A stretch of 62,121 nt of DNA, filler included, from Sphacelaria rigidula (GCA_964200075.2; 10 parts of 10 records of this genome joined end to end with filler, not necessarily neighbours in it); one strand, 5' to 3'. Positions 37,744 to 52,307 are shown, counted from the first letter of the whole stretch. Numbers and translations: made by a program. The notes: generated from the letters alone by a model not told the origin.

Positions 37744-38085
37744 TGTGTGTTGTCGTCCCATCTATGCCGGACGCCGGTCTACATCTTTCGGTATATGTGG
37801 GCCTCCAGCCAGAGTCTCACAGGAGGAAGGTCAACACAGGAGTTTTTTTTCTAGTACTCCACCTCCCTTCTGTGGTGCTATTGCCTTTATTTTTTATCGC
37901 GAGAGGGGTTCAGCAGTCCCTTCCCCTTGTCGACCGTTCAGTCGCATTTTGTGCACCCACGACATAGTCGCTCTCCACTGTTGGGCATGGTGTGAGAATA
38001 ATCCCAGATCGCTCTAAGATTCGAACCCATGATCCAACCATCAGAAGGATTCGAGGTTACCAACTGAGCCACCGGGGCGACCGGC
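37741..38085 (-). mobile_element. tRNA-derived SINE, copy 2
   Basis: Minus-strand head gccggtcgccccggtggctcagttggt (A box) ... gggttcgaatc (B box). Body collinear with 26092-26446. Confidence 0.88.
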
Positions 38086-38479
38086 GTATGGAGAGTTTAG
38101 GTAATCTCCTACATTGCCTATATTTGTTTCTTCACGTATTACGACCCCGAAACTGCTGTCATCGAAATCCAAATTTAAATGGCGTGCAGCAGTTGTCAAT
38201 AATAGCTACAAGTAGTTCTTTTTCTTCATTATTTATCTCTGTTTTGCTTATATCGCGTTTTGTGAGTACTAATCTAGGTCTTGCTTGTTTTGTTTGGCTT
38301 TGTTCGAAATCCTCATACCTAATTATAGGTAGCTAGCCTGTGACCACGGAAGGCGTCGCGTCAGATGCCCAGTACGAATGTACCGCGCAGGTATCGGAAC
38401 GGTTTTTAATGTGAAGACAACAACAACAACAACAACAACAGGTGAAGAAATGCGACCGTATTTGGACACGTCATCCGTT

Positions 38480-38572
38480 ATAATTTCCTGACTTGATTTT
38501 TCACCTGGGACCCCGAAATTTCGATTATCGGAATCCAAATTTGTATGGCGTGCAGCAGTTGTCAAGAGCTTC
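38480..38572 (+). repeat. Dispersed short repeat (module D)
   Basis: gacccc.aa..tt...t.tcg.aatccaaattt..atgg.gt...ttgtcaa, also at about 18975-19045 and 38142-38202. Confidence 0.7.
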
Positions 38573-41500
38573 CAGTAGGTCAAGGGATAATGCAACCATA
38601 TTCCGAAGAATTGATGTAGGTACGGGTACATGTACGAAGATTTTCATTTCCGAGTAATATTACAGTAGGCAAGGAAGAGCTCGATTCATGCTCAGTTTTG
38701 ATAATCGGCTGTCGTCAGGCCGCTGCCCCCAGCAACAACATCCTTCGCGTTTTGACTGTTGTGCGGACCCTTCCCCCCCTGCCGGCCGAGGGTCCACGAT
38801 CTGCACTACGTTGGGGTTGCGGTCAAGGTTAGAGGCTCTGAGCCCCTTATTAACTGTGAAGGTAGGTCATCTGGGTGATGGAGGAACTTTTGAAGTAAAT
38901 GTGATGTCGACTCAACAGATGACCCCCTGGGAGTCAAGGGGTTTGGCCGGTAAGGTGAGTGAAACCTCCTGCGTAGAGAGTGGGTGATACGTTAATTAAA
39001 TCGGCATCATTCACACTTGTAAAATAAGGTGAAATTATGTCAATTCAACACATATATCGCTTACCCTGGAGGGCAAGCGGTTAGTCAACTGAACCCGAAA
39101 AAGTGGTCGGGAAAAACATTTGGTGACAATGACCGCCGTGATTGGGAGCTAATAGTGGAGGTGGTTTTTCACCTCTTGATCACAGAGCGTACATCTTCCC
39201 GTTGAGACAGGCCACTTGGATTCAGGGTTTACGTGGGTTGGGTTGGTGGGACGAACGACAGTGACACAAATGAGCGCTTGGTAGACAGGTAATGCAACTT
39301 CGGGTTCAACAAATTGAGGACCCACAGGGGTGGAATAAGTGGTTCTGAATGCATGGGGGTGGAAACGAGAGGACCCTGGACCACTCTGAAAAATGGGTAA
39401 CAACAACAGTCAGTCCAGAACCATTTCTCGTTAGTATGATATGTGTCAACCCTACCTGTAGTCGTGCCGCTCGTCAAAGGAGCACGAACACAACCCCCTA
39501 CGTAGCATTTCAACTCACCCTGCACCAGAATAATGAAGCGGTGGAAATGTGACCACCATAGAATTATAGGCCTGTCATGCAGTCAGTGCAAACGACCTAC
39601 TGCTTCCAATAATTATGGCCATGCACAAGATGTGGAATGCTAGGGAATTGATGAGATGGGAATCGAACACCTAGACTACAAGAGATCATACGACGTTCTG
39701 ACCGAAGGGTAGGGCATCCTAGCAGCTAGAATTTCATACCCTTTTGTTCTGACTGTACCGTACTGCAACAATGAGGTCGACTGCGCTCAACATCAAACCC
39801 AGATCCCTTCAGCAGAACGGGGGTGTGCGGCGCGATTTACATCCCTCAGTCGATCCTCTCTGGTTGCCAGGAACACCCTGTTGACGACAGCATCCGTGAA
39901 TTCGTGGTCCCTAACGCCTGACTCGAGTGACATTTGTCGGACCAAGCTACAGAAGTCGGTGTTCATCTCTTGACACGTCGCGCCCAAGCAACCGTGCAGC
40001 CTTTTCACCCTTTTTTTCATGATGTATTATTAGAAGTGCTCTTTTGTTAACCCGTGTCTTGTGTAGTACGAGTAATAAAAATATATGATATTCAGTACTC
40101 ATGTGGGGGAAATCGCTACATAAAAAGAAGGACCCTACAAATAAGTGTATTAAGATGAGCATGATATTCATTTTTCTACGGCTACTTCCCATACTCTTGT
40201 GACGCATACAGGTTGGTAGAATCGTGCTGGCACGGCAATGTGGGTCTACGACTAGTACTGCGCGACCGCAAGAGCAGTCGACAGGCCGTACATACGTGAA
40301 CGCTGCAAGGTTCAAGGTTCACCGCACATGAAAAAACTCACAAAATGAGAGATACTGGGCCGAAGGAGGTCCGCCGCCGGGCATATACACATGCCGCGAG
40401 GATCTCCCGCAATCGTGAAAAAAGGGGCGTGTCGTGCCCAGCTAAATGATCATCGTGATTCGCATGATGATCCTGGTACTGTGGCTCAAAACCCAGCCGG
40501 AGTCAGCGAAGCGCGGCTGGTGCTGCGGCTGGTGACCACATACATACATACTCAGTACATAACATATATGCTGTAATAAGTACATATACATGTATACACA
40601 CGAGTAGTGGTCCTTTGTTCCAGTCACTACCGAACCGCACGTTGTACCCCTACAAATTCAAGGCCCGTTTCAACCAATAATACTGCACTGCAAAAGGGCG
40701 GAGTATTTCGGTGCTGGGAGTGGGAGGGAATACGGAGGTACGCAGAGAATTTCGTCTGCGGCCGACGAGGGAATCGCCGCAGCTGACTACAAGCAGTGTT
40801 TTAGTGCAACGTGACAAGTGCTGAGGCCTTGAATCGGCGTTTCTCGCAAATTGAATAATAGCTGACATTGCGGTGGGGGTGCTTATTGTCTAATTCCAGA
40901 ATGCGTTGCGCCAGTGAAACCCACGGTTCCACCCTCACGACGCACCGACGAAATGCGCACACACTCTCGGATCAGTTATTCCACAACTGCACCTTCACAG
41001 GAGCACGTATTGTATATGCGATGAAGGATTTTGCAACAATACCGACAGGTGAGGTTTCGCGTACCCTTCTGCTGGTTCAGCCCGAGCAAACATAACCCGC
41101 ACCTCAACAAGGCCGTCCATCGCCATTACCGCTACCACTGCACTGTACAGTTGTGCTGTGCATGCTGTTTGAAGTGTTTGTCAAAAGTGACCCTGCGAAT
41201 AAGAGCCCCCGAACTCTGGAAACGCGTAGTTTCGTCGCTTTGATGCATTACCGACAGGAGGGCTTCAACGAAGCCCCCCCATGGATATCAAACGAACGGC
41301 ACTACAACGCAAAAAATCTGAAACTCCCTAAATAACCGCCGAACGAACGCAAATGTAAGATGTATTTTTACGGACATTCAATACAAAAAAGGTCATCTAT
41401 CAGCAACAGAAGGGGTACTGTACACACAAACGCGCAGTGCGTATTTTTTCCACACAAGCTTCGTGCCTAGATGCAAGCGGGTATAAAATAACAAAACGAA

Positions 41501-42974
41501 TCACTCCCTCACCTCCCTCCGCTGCTCCTTGCTACTCTCGGCCGCAGCCAGCCCACGTCCCTCAAACACTGCAGCTGTTCGCTTTGCTCTCTCATTCTTG
41601 ATATAAGTCGTTGGACACAAAACATCATCCCAGCCAAATATTGTCGCTGCGGACACCCGTCGCCCGTCGGTGTTGCGGGCACCAACGCCATTATGACAGA
41701 TCATTTCGGCGGTCGATAAAATGCCCGATGTTGAGAAACGGACAACGCTCGTATTTCTGTTGATTGTCCACTACAGCCAATGTTTCAATGTTTCGCGTTG
41801 ACGCCAAAGCCCGGCGGCGTACCACCACCTGTGGTGTGATCCAGGCACACACGGCACACGGTGCACGGCCAAAGCGTGCTGCTACCGAATTGCGCTGTTT
41901 AGTGTCGAGTACACGGTTGCCCAATCTACATTACTCTGCAAGCCTTGAATAGTGTGTACTACAATATATGATGTCCATGTGCGTGTTGGTGGAGGCTCTT
42001 GAGTTGTCAAACATGTGATATTAGAGCCAGTGAGTATGGCGGGTTAACTTTTGCCTTCTCTCCTTTTCCATCAAGATCGGGACGGCACATGCAACATAAT
42101 TTCAAACCTTGAACCGAACTTTCAAAAATAATACTCGTACTCTGCACAAATATGTCAGTCCCATCTCTGCCCAAATCATGGTTGGACAATTGAAAATTGT
42201 GGGTTCTACCCGTAGTTTCGATCATGTTTCATATCTTCATACGGCTCACAGTCCGAAGAACACGCCAAGAGCATGCTCTCACAGCACGCATTTTGGCTCA
42301 AATCGGGCGCCACATCGCCGGTGGCGCTGATTTGAGCTTTGCCAACCCATTCATTGCCTGCGGCACTGTTTTTAATCCCCTCATATGAGGGTTGTCGATT
42401 TGCCTCGGAATGGAGTTCGGGTTGGGGAGATCCAGCCTCCAGTCAAGAGCAAGGAGGCAACGAATGGCCGTCGGAAGGCAGTACCCAGAGCAGGGGGGCA
42501 TCACAAACATATTATTCTCATTCCTTCACAGAACACCACTCGACTCCTGCGGTGGCACAACACTGCGCAGAAAAACACAACAACGCTGTGAGAACGGCAG
42601 GGTAGGGGATATGTAGACAAGCAGTATTTAATTCATGCTCGCATGACCGTCTGAGCTGCGGTCAGCTGGCTGGCGACTTGACATGAGTGGCAAATAAGGG
42701 AGAAAGAGGTAATACGACAGGTGGTTGTATTGCTGACATATGCCATGGAATCATGAACAGCGGACGACTCCAAAATGAATGAAAAAATCCGCTGAAACTG
42801 ATGTAAACAACGAGACCAATGACGGGCCTGCCAGACGCTACTGTGGTACTCTGTGTGTGCCATGCTACATCACTTCAACAGACATTACAGTAATAGCAAC
42901 CGTACGTAGTAGCTCCTCTGCTCGATGAATCGACGCATATCCGTGTGTGATCTCCGTACCACTAATCACTAATC

Positions 42975-43458
42975 ATGGTGAAATTGGGCTTGAGGAAGTT
43001 ACCCTTGACCCTTAGACCGCGAGGTTAGTCTTCTGTTGAGTCGGCACCAATTTCAAGTGAAACAAAGTATGCATGATCCAGCAGACTAATCTCGCGGTCT
43101 AACGATTAACTCATGAATAATAAAAATGATGCTTTACATAGTAAAATTTATACGCCCCAACTCTAAATATTGACCGACGCATTCGCCTTTTCACAACCGG
43201 GTCGGTAAAATTTGGAACAGTATCTCGCAGGCCACTCACCAGCCCACGTTTGGTTTTGTGTATTGAAATTTTGTGTGGGTCCTCGCTAGGGCATAATTAA
43301 CAAAACGCACAGTGGGTCAGGTACTTTTTCTTCTCGCTGGTTTAGAGCGTTCTGGTACGGTGAAGACCATTCTTTCACGAGAACCCGCTAACCTCAAAGA
43401 AACAGCCGATCATCTATGTTGAGGATGGTGCTTTTCATTGAGGATGAGAACCCGGAAG
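42975..43458. repeat. Composite repeat: small hairpin, hairpin arm, module A and module E
   Basis: 19-bp inverted repeat 43012-43030 / 43084-43102 (one mismatch). 43108-43398 matches the contig-1 element. 43400-43455 is the reverse complement of 49780-49835 and similar to 19715-19772. Confidence 0.8.
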
Positions 43459-45089
43459 NNNNNNNNNNNNNNNNNNNNNNNNNNNNNNNNNNNNNNNNNN
43501 NNTTAATTAATTAANNNNNNNNNNNNNNNNNNNNNNNNNNNNNNNNNNNNNNNNNNNNGACTACAATTGCTCAATCCTTGGAACAAAAAACAAAGCTCTA
43601 CACGTACGTAGACTAAAACGCGTCCTTGACTCTGACGTGTTCGTTCGCCAGCTCACAGACTGGATTCTTACTCAAGCTACAGCACTCTCAATCATTGGTA
43701 GCACACTGCCTCAATCTACAAGCTTACGTGGCAATTCTGACAGGATATTAAACTCAAGTATCCACATGAAGCACAGTTGTGATATAGATGGGGGTATAGA
43801 CAGGGTCCACACCTTCCTAGCTATGATCAGTGTGCTGCAAGCTTGGGTAGGTGCGCAAACGCACCAGGTGTCCGAGTAAAACAAGCTGCAAATGCACACG
43901 TGCAGATTCACGTGGCTGTTGGTCACAGTAGCAACAAACAAAAGGAGCTCAAAGGCTTGATATATTTTAAACTCTTACTGATTATCCCCTTGATCGCCCA
44001 GCACACTGTTCTCACCAATGGTAAACAGTAGGAGCAGATGGTCCGGCTCGAAGGGTACCTCAAGAGTGAGCGAGGATGCATGAGGTACTTGCGACGCAAC
44101 CTATCTGAACTCGGCCCGAGAAGGCGTTTGCCTCCTCGGGGCCAGGGCATGTCAGCCTGCACACTAATCTTCCCCAGCTAGGATACACCAGCCTGTGCAT
44201 CAATCTTCCCTAGAACGCACCCTGTACATCAACCTTCCCCAGAACTTTGGGAGCATTTCCCATGGCTAGATCGAGTGATCTGTGAGCCAACCTGCCCCAA
44301 AACTGTCTGAGGGAACAAATAACGCCTCTCTATCTTCCTTCCTCATGACACAGTACTTGAACCCTTGGTCAATATTGGGTGGCTCCTAGTTGAACTAGAG
44401 CATATTGTCCCGCAAAATTTTCTACAGAGTAAAAACTCACACACAGAAGATATACAGCTAGATTATTGGCTGTCTAGATTTCGAACATCATGCAGCCTGA
44501 ACCCAAACATCAGGCGCTGTATGGCTATTTTTTTCGTGACACTTTTAGGCTGGTTTTGGGGGGGGTCTATCGTAAAAGCTGTCAGAAGAGGGCAATGGTC
44601 AAGGTGACAGTCGTCCGCGCATCATCGAGGGGCCTACCCGAGATATGTAAGTGGGAGGGGGGCGATACGACCGACAGCACGCAAAAACAAATAGTGCATC
44701 TGTGCATATGGGGGGCATGGGTGTGTGTGTGTTGGGGGTGTGGCATGGTCGTGGTTCGGGGTCGGTTCATACCATGTAGTTCCTGAAGGGTTGTCACCCG
44801 GGCCTATGATCGCCAACGCCACAAACTTGCTGCTGCGATATACCGCAGGTGATGCTAGCCCTTTCCAAAAGAGGCTGTTGCTCCATAATGGATGTAGTAG
44901 TACGTATAACACAAACCATGCGGAGGATACAGTGCTCACGATGATAGCATGCTCCACTGGGGGGGGGGGGGGGGATATAGGGTGACAGTGCGATGCAATC
45001 AATATTGTACCGACCCGAATTGTTGCGCGGGGCCATGATGTTTTGCTTGAAGAGGTGACTGGAACATTGGAAGATACCGCCATTGGCAA

Positions 45090-47520
45090 ATGTATGCACC
45101 TCCAACGTTTAACTACGGGTCAAGTGCGTCTAAGGATATTCGTGGTGTTAGTCAATACCTCACCGACATTAATCACTTAACGATATTGGCTGTCGGCACA
45201 AATACGCCCCTGCGGCAGTGTGAAAACAATACACGAGGCGATTGGTGCTTCTCGTGCGGAGGTGAAGATGGGAGGAATCGAGCCCGCCGAGGCCGATGTA
45301 TGGTACTCTTTGAAGCACCAGGTGCAGGATCGGTGGCCTCACGGCGGGGAGCCCCTCGTCGCCCCGGTCGGCATAAGCATCAAAGCGCAACAAATGCTGA
45401 AAACGTTCGAGAAAACACCAGCATACCTGTTTTTCCCTCGTCCTGTATTAGAGGGTAGTCGCAAGAGCCTTTGGCCCGATAACTTCTCACCTGAGTCATG
45501 CCACGATAGGGGGGGAGGGGGGGGTATTTTGAACCGTTTTCTTCCACGAACTTCTACTTGCAATCGTCGTTGGTAGCGGCAACGGTAGTTCGAACGCGCT
45601 CGCTTCCGGTTCATGACGTCTATTCTTACTGTTTTACATTTCTTTTACCCAAACACAAGCGCACCGCGAGTGTGTCGGGTCGTCTGACGCACCTATGAGC
45701 CCATTTTTTTGTGGAATCGAACACCCCCGCTCCTATCGCAGTATGCCTCACCTACATCACGCCTGAAATACGTCTTCAGTCGCGGAGACGGCCGGGGTTC
45801 CCTCACTGCCCTGATTCGCGAGGAACATGGAACACCATTCCCTAATCCGGACGTAGCACGGACATGGTTGAAAGACAGCCCATCTTTAAACAACGACACG
45901 GCTTTGCCGAGGCGTATCCAGAGGCGCACTTCAATGGATGCCTGACACATCATTTCGTCACACACCTTCAACTTACAAGGAGAGCGGTGCTGCGGTAGGG
46001 GGTTGCACGTTTTTGGAAAAAAGGTTGCTCTGCACGGGTCGGGGTGTTGGACGGGCCATTGTGTGAATCGGCACCGAAGACGATGCAAATTCACAAAAGA
46101 GCCCCTGCCTGCCGACACCATATTTCTGGGAGTCCGGTCCTAGGATATTTGGGTTGCACAAAAAGTGCAACACCTACCGCAGCATTGTGGCGACATGTTT
46201 TTGTGCATACATCTTGCACCGTGGCCGCGGGTAGAACGCCCGGGTGGGCGGCGGTTCTCGTTTCCTTCGTACAGTAGAACGCAAGATATGCGCATGGCGG
46301 TCGGAGATGTAGAACAACAACCCGTGGGCTAACTAGGAATGTTTGTATACAGTCGGCTTTTTCATCCCCTACTGAACGATGTTCGCACGCAGTCGCAACA
46401 ACACGCCCGTTCGGAAAGTGGGTATTGAAGCTCTCGCCAAAATATTCATGGCGTAATTGATCGTTGAATACATGCAATATCCATGAACCCCCTTGTTTCG
46501 AGCAACCAAATCTTCCCCCCCACACCCGCACCCCCCACCCACCCACCCCTATCGTAGGATGACTCTACAGGCCGCTTTACTAACCGCAACAGAACTCGTG
46601 CCTAAGCACATTCGCGCGTGTCTATCACGTAAAACATTTGACAGATCGGCACTTGATGTTGCGCCGGACGAGGCGGTACAAGCCGCCGCGGAAAACGGCA
46701 TATCGGACAGCGGCGTGAGCCAGATTCGTGAGCTTTTACGGGGCAGAGCGAGCATTTTTCGGCGAGTGCTGCATGGCTATCTGGCTGCTCGCGTCGAGCC
46801 CTTGAAGTTGAAATTCAAACCTGTTGAGGGAGAGGCAAAGGCTCGGCCGAGGACATACTTTCCAGTCATGATGGCGTGGTCGGCACGCTGCATCGCAACA
46901 TTTGTAGCGCTCGGGCTCGTGTACTGCAGTTCGCAAGTAGTGTGGGCGAGAGCCGCGATTGCAATGCTCAAGAATTTGTTTTTCCGGCGGATGAGTGATT
47001 TCAAGACGGCGGAGCAAGTTCCCCGTCCCCAAAAGAAGACGGTGCATGGTACTCGCCCAGAGGAGGTGATACATTTCGAATTTCTCAGTATTGGCGAGAG
47101 TGGTCCGCTGGGAGATGGTGGCTTCTTGGACGAAGGTAATCGGTTCGAGCACAAATTAGTAAGGATGGGTGACCCGAGCGACTTCGTGCGGTTGAAACCC
47201 GCGGAGGCTTGTACGGCGACGACGACGGTGAAGCGTCTCTTGACATGGTGCAAAGCCCTGAGGCCGCCGGAGGGATGGGTCGGCGATACGGCAGCGCAAT
47301 TTAATTATTGTGTGATGAGAGCGCTCGAGAAGACGCTGATGGATCGCAGATTTGTGATGGCCCACTCGCCGCGGTTACATTGCGAATGTGAGCGAATGAT
47401 GCGTGACATTTTTCGTACCTTAAAGACCTTGTTGCAGGAAGGAAAACGCGATGTCAATGCCTGCGTGGGTTTGGTGCCTGCCGTGCAGCGGGCATTGAAA
47501 ACTGACTTCCGGGAGAGCGA
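45090..47520 (+). mobile_element. Decayed Ty3/gypsy LTR retrotransposon internal region with RT/RNase H deletion
   Basis: Gag-knuckle-like CFSCGGEDG (about 45246). ORF 46493-47662 has the RT N-terminus (VEPLKLKFKP...KARPRTY...LGLVY...WA) running directly into integrase (VPRP..TVHGTRPEEVIHFEFL...FVRLKPAEACTA...WVGDTA...CERMMRDIFRTLK...LVPAVQRAL). Confidence 0.88.
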
Positions 47521-48199
47521 TGAGGGTTGTAGCTGTATCTATGGTGCAAGGAGCGGCTGTTTGAGTGGAAATGCCGCTCTACGGCATGGACGAGATTGTA
47601 GCCAGTATTGCTGCTGTTTCTCGGGAGGAGCGCAGGAGAACTGCAAGGAAGGCATTACCTGAGGTGCTTGATGTTGTGGTGAGCACTGGGTTGGGTGCTG
47701 TTGAGGAGCAAGTACTGGTAAAATTGCTTGTTGAGAATGACGAAGCACATTGTGACTTGTACACATATATCGTTTTGTGGACGACTGTAGGTAAAATTGT
47801 GGTGTGGTTTCTAGTCATGTGCATGCTGCTGCTTGCGCATGAGGCATACGATCAATCGCGTATGATCGTATTGCGTTTGCTGAGGGAAATGCCAACGTAC
47901 ACGCAGATGTCTGTAAGATATGTGCTGTGCTGCTCCGGTTGGCACGCATGACACATAGTGGTTTCCGCAAAGAAGCTGCTGAGTGAAAGCTTAGCATGCA
48001 TATGTGAATTTTCTGCTTCGGGCAGTGCGGACTTCTGGAGGTGCTGTGGAGTAGTCCACCTACCCCTAGTACACGTACAGGTGCATGAAGTTTGCATCAT
48101 GATATTAGGTCATGATATATTCTCTGGAGTATGACTATGACTGCTTTACATTATATGTGTTCACGGAGGTGCAAGAGATCAGTTCCGATAATGAAGAAT

Positions 48200-49250
48200 G
48201 TGTGTTTGTGAACAACATCTGTCTTGAAGTTTCCAAGCCCTAGTGAGAGAGGAAACCCTTGGAGCGGTCTTGTGATCTTGTTCTCGGTCCAGGAGGGGCC
48301 TCAAGGCTCGTCGTATGTGAGCAGGTATTACGCGAATGTTTCCGGTGGTTGAAGATGAAGAGTTTATGCGCACATGTATCAACGTTCTTTGACTGCGGCA
48401 GGTTTGTTTAGTGACTGTCACGTGTTTGGAGGAGCGCGTGGATGGTCGTTCGCTTCTGCCAGAAGGAGCACGTGAACGGTGACTCCATTTGTTCGAAAGG
48501 GGCGGTCCAGGTGGGCTGCAAGAGTGTTGACAAATTCAACCGTATATCATTGCTACCTTTCGGCTGATGCACGGATGGGATATGACGGTCCAGAATCCGA
48601 GTGATATGATCTCAGTGTTTCCTGAAGGTATACTCAATAACCAGAGCTCAAAAGAGAGGTCACTACGGGTGATCAATAATGGCGGAGGTAGAGGCCCGTT
48701 CGCCGTTGTTGGGTTGTTATGCATAGCTTGAACGGCGATTTGAGTCGTGACTTTCTTCTCATTGTCTCCATGAATTGGTTAGCGAGATTAAGCTTGGAAA
48801 TTTTCACGACGTAGAGGCGCGCGGTGCATACGTTTTCACGGAGTTGAACAAGCATGAGGCCAGGTGCGTTTCACTCGGGATCGACACTGATTTCATTCTA
48901 GCTTGAGGATGATGTATGATTAAGCTGCTGATCCCGTTGCACAGATGTTGAACGTACAACGCGTGCATTTTGTTTGTGGAAAGCACCTTGTCTCGGATGA
49001 GAGAGACAAATAGTCACGGGTGCTTTGGAATTTGGCGTTCGCTGACGTTTGGAGTTATCTTTGCCGATGTGGATGGAGTCAAGATACTTCCTTTGGGCAA
49101 GGGTTTGAGAAATTGGTGGCGCTAGCTGTCGCTTTGTAACACGAAGTTGTGCAAGGAGCGTGAATACGTCTTCATCATGAACGATACTTTTTGTGGATGT
49201 CTTGCGAATTGTTCAGAAATTGGGCAAGCTTGTATGGAGCTGGTGTCGAA
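48200..49250 (-). mobile_element. Heavily decayed copia-like RT/RNase H remnant
   Basis: Minus-strand fragments ISQ...KY, ARMKSVSIPSETHLA and SQRTLIHVR appear in the order expected for the copia RT end and RNase H (RTKHIxxR). Many stops. Confidence 0.45.
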
Positions 49251-52200
49251 AACAGCGGAGGGATTGCTATTCTATTCGAAAAACAACGGTTTTTTCAGGC
49301 AACAATGATGTCTGAGTTTGTCAAGCTCTAATGTGATTACTCGTCGGTAGTAAAAGGGCTTTGGAGGACGCTGTAGACGCTAACCACCATTGCTACCTAC
49401 GTTGGGGACACTAAGAAGTCACTTTAAGGTCATCTCAGCAGCGACAGCCAGAAGACCAAGAAAACATATATTTTAAAAAGATCCATGGATGTGAAAAGAA
49501 ATTTTTACAAATAAAACGTGAGGCAGATGAATATATATCGGCAGAACCATCCATCACTCAGCTCATCGAGAGTATCAATAAGTTCGACGGTGCGGAGTTT
49601 GTCGAGAGTGATGCTACGGTAGGGGTACAGAAATAATTTCTGAGGTTAGAATTGTTAGGAGCCCCTTATATCATCCGAANNNNNNNNNNNNNNNNNNNNN
49701 NNNNNNNNNNNNNNNNNNNNNNNTTAATTAATTAANNNNNNNNNNNNNNNNNNNNNNNNNNNNNNNNNNNNNNNNNNNNCGGGTTCTCATCCTCAATGAA
49801 AAGCACCATCCTCAACGTAGATGATCGGCTGTTATTAGGTGAAATTAGGGCCAATTTGTAAGGGTTGTATGTAGCATACGTAGCCGGTAACGGCTTATAA
49901 AGCCGATAGCGATGAATGATGGTTTGAATTAATTTCAAAAATTTTCATACAACCATCACCATTATTATTATTATAACAATACCATTTCCGAGATCTAGTA
50001 AGATCTGTAAGCAATCCCAAACCTTACAGAACACAACCTTACATACACGTACATACATAAATATAACAGATTATGGATCATATTTTAGAGATGCATGCGT
50101 ACAATTGGCGCGCTGGGAGCCTCGTCCGCCTACAATCTTCGACACTGCGCGCCTTCAATATGGGATGTATTGTTTTTGTACAACCACAACTTGTGCGACA
50201 CCACGACTTGCGGCCGTGGCACAACCGACTGCGTATGTGACGCAAAAGTCGATTTCGGCCAAGTTCCGGCCGTTTTTTTTCCCTAATTCCGCGCATGTCA
50301 ACTCTCCACCCCTCGCAGCTGACCACAGCTCGATATTTCGTTTGGTGGGGTCAAGTGGGATCGAATCGCAGTGCCACGTAGATTGAAAGGCGCGTTGTTT
50401 ACAGATCACACGATGTCATCGTGGGGACAACTCGCGATACTTCGTCAGTTAGGACGGACTGACGGATAGTGTGCTTCTTGAGCGACCCAGCTTGTATTGT
50501 TCAGAAAGAAGACGCTCGACCCCCGCAATTTTCTTCCTTTCTGAAATCGAGGTATCTCTCGTCGTCGCTCAAAGCGTGGAAAACGTGATAGTAACAATGA
50601 TACTTGATTTGAGGAGGGTCGACACGGTGCGGGAGTGCGTATATATTCCGCGGCAACGCATTGCAAGTCGTGTAGAGGGCGAGAGCTGCATTGATACCTT
50701 GAGATCATGGGCTCACACTATCGAGAAGAGGACGTAAACCGTGTGCAAAAATACACAAGACTTGTAGTGAGATGAGAGCGAGTGGAAACGGATTCCCGGC
50801 CTGAGATGGTCATGGCAACCTAGCTAGGTTGGGGTTGACGCTTGGCCTTGCATATTGCTCCCAAGAGGCCTGAGGTAAGTTACTAGAAACGGTAGTAGAA
50901 TAAAGGTCGTTACAAAAAAGAAGGGTCAATACTATGTAACATTCTTTGTAGGAATTTTGAGGGGGGGGGGGGGGATTGATCACGTGTGAAGCCCAAAAAT
51001 TCAATCGCCCGAACGGTTCACGTGCGCGCAGTTTGTTCGAGGTTCGTCCGAAATGAATGAATCGGGCATATTTTGCACAAGCAAAAGCGCAGTTGGCGAT
51101 TGTGGAGGGGGTTGATGATCAACCATGTGCGCATACAAGACTGGCAAAGTGCACCCGAATTCTCTCACGCAGAAGAGCACATGCGCAGAACGACACTTTT
51201 TCACGCACGCGAAAATGTGCAAGATTTGGTTTTCTTCGGTCATAGCGTAAACTGCACGAACCGAAATTGCTCAAGTGTGTCGCAGTCCTCTACCGCAGTA
51301 GAGCGAGCCATTCCGAGATGACATTCAACCCATCCGTCCTCTCAAACGAAAAACGCTGCCGAAGGGCCACTCTAGGCACATTCGCACAAGAGGAATCCTC
51401 TTTAGAGAGATGGTTTCGGTATGCCATACCATTAGCGTCAAAGATGTCTCTTTCCTGCAAAGCGACTGAAAAGGTGGCGACTAAGATTTCCTAGCAGCGT
51501 GGTTCCGATAGCAGAGTGCAGTAACAGCTCGCTTTCACGGCCTTGATTTTGTTCGGCCTTCAGTCTCAAATCCCGGCACGAGCCTGTTCGTGTTCTTCAC
51601 AGGACGGGTCCTAGCTTTTGGTCTAGAGTCTGTCACTTTACTCGTTTCTTCTTGTCTTCATTCTCCCCCTCACCTGGAGGTACGTCTTAGCGCGAATTTC
51701 CGCCCCCTCACCTTGGCTACGTCTGTGATGTGGCCTCGTGTGAAATTTCAGCGGATAACTTCACGTGCGACACCAAGCCAAATTCGTTACGTTATCTCCT
51801 CTGGTTGCCGAAGACAGTTAACGGGACTTGTGCCCACGGGGCCTCAGACTTTCCGACAGCGGCGTCACGACAAGCACAAGCACGAAGTGAAGGAATGTAC
51901 CGTGGATAACAACCTTTTTCGTCATTTCACAGCAAATATCAGCGGGATTCACGTAGGTCTCAATTCAACTCTTTACCGGTGCCGTCGTCTCATTTCCAAG
52001 CCAACACAGGTAGATCAAGCGCAGCGAAGGGTGACGCGGGTCGCTTGCATCATCAATCCAAGATCACTGCCACACCATCACCATCGACATTGCCCACCTC
52101 CCGGAAGCGGGTAAATCAGATGCACAATCAACACTTTGTATATACACACATAACCCTTCTCTGCTACCTTGCCCCAAAGAGATGCTTCAGGACGAGCACC

Positions 52201-52307
52201 ATCCACCGCCTACCCTCACAGTCAGCAATTTCATTTTGAGTCAGATAATGACAACGATCAAGCTCTTCGTTCGAAAGGCGAAACACTCGCTAGCCCAGCT
52301 CGCCCAG

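Noticed and set aside
39650..39685. tRNA B-box-like sequence on the minus strand
   Set aside because: No A box or cloverleaf is recognisable.
39793..40020. Protein-like minus-strand stretch EFTDAVVNRVFLATRED
   Set aside because: It could be an exon, but I could not chain it to neighbouring exons or recognise a family.
50445..51492. Possible minus-strand exons downstream of MCM10
   Set aside because: Open frames with plausible splice sites but no recognisable motifs, so not supportable without RNA-seq.
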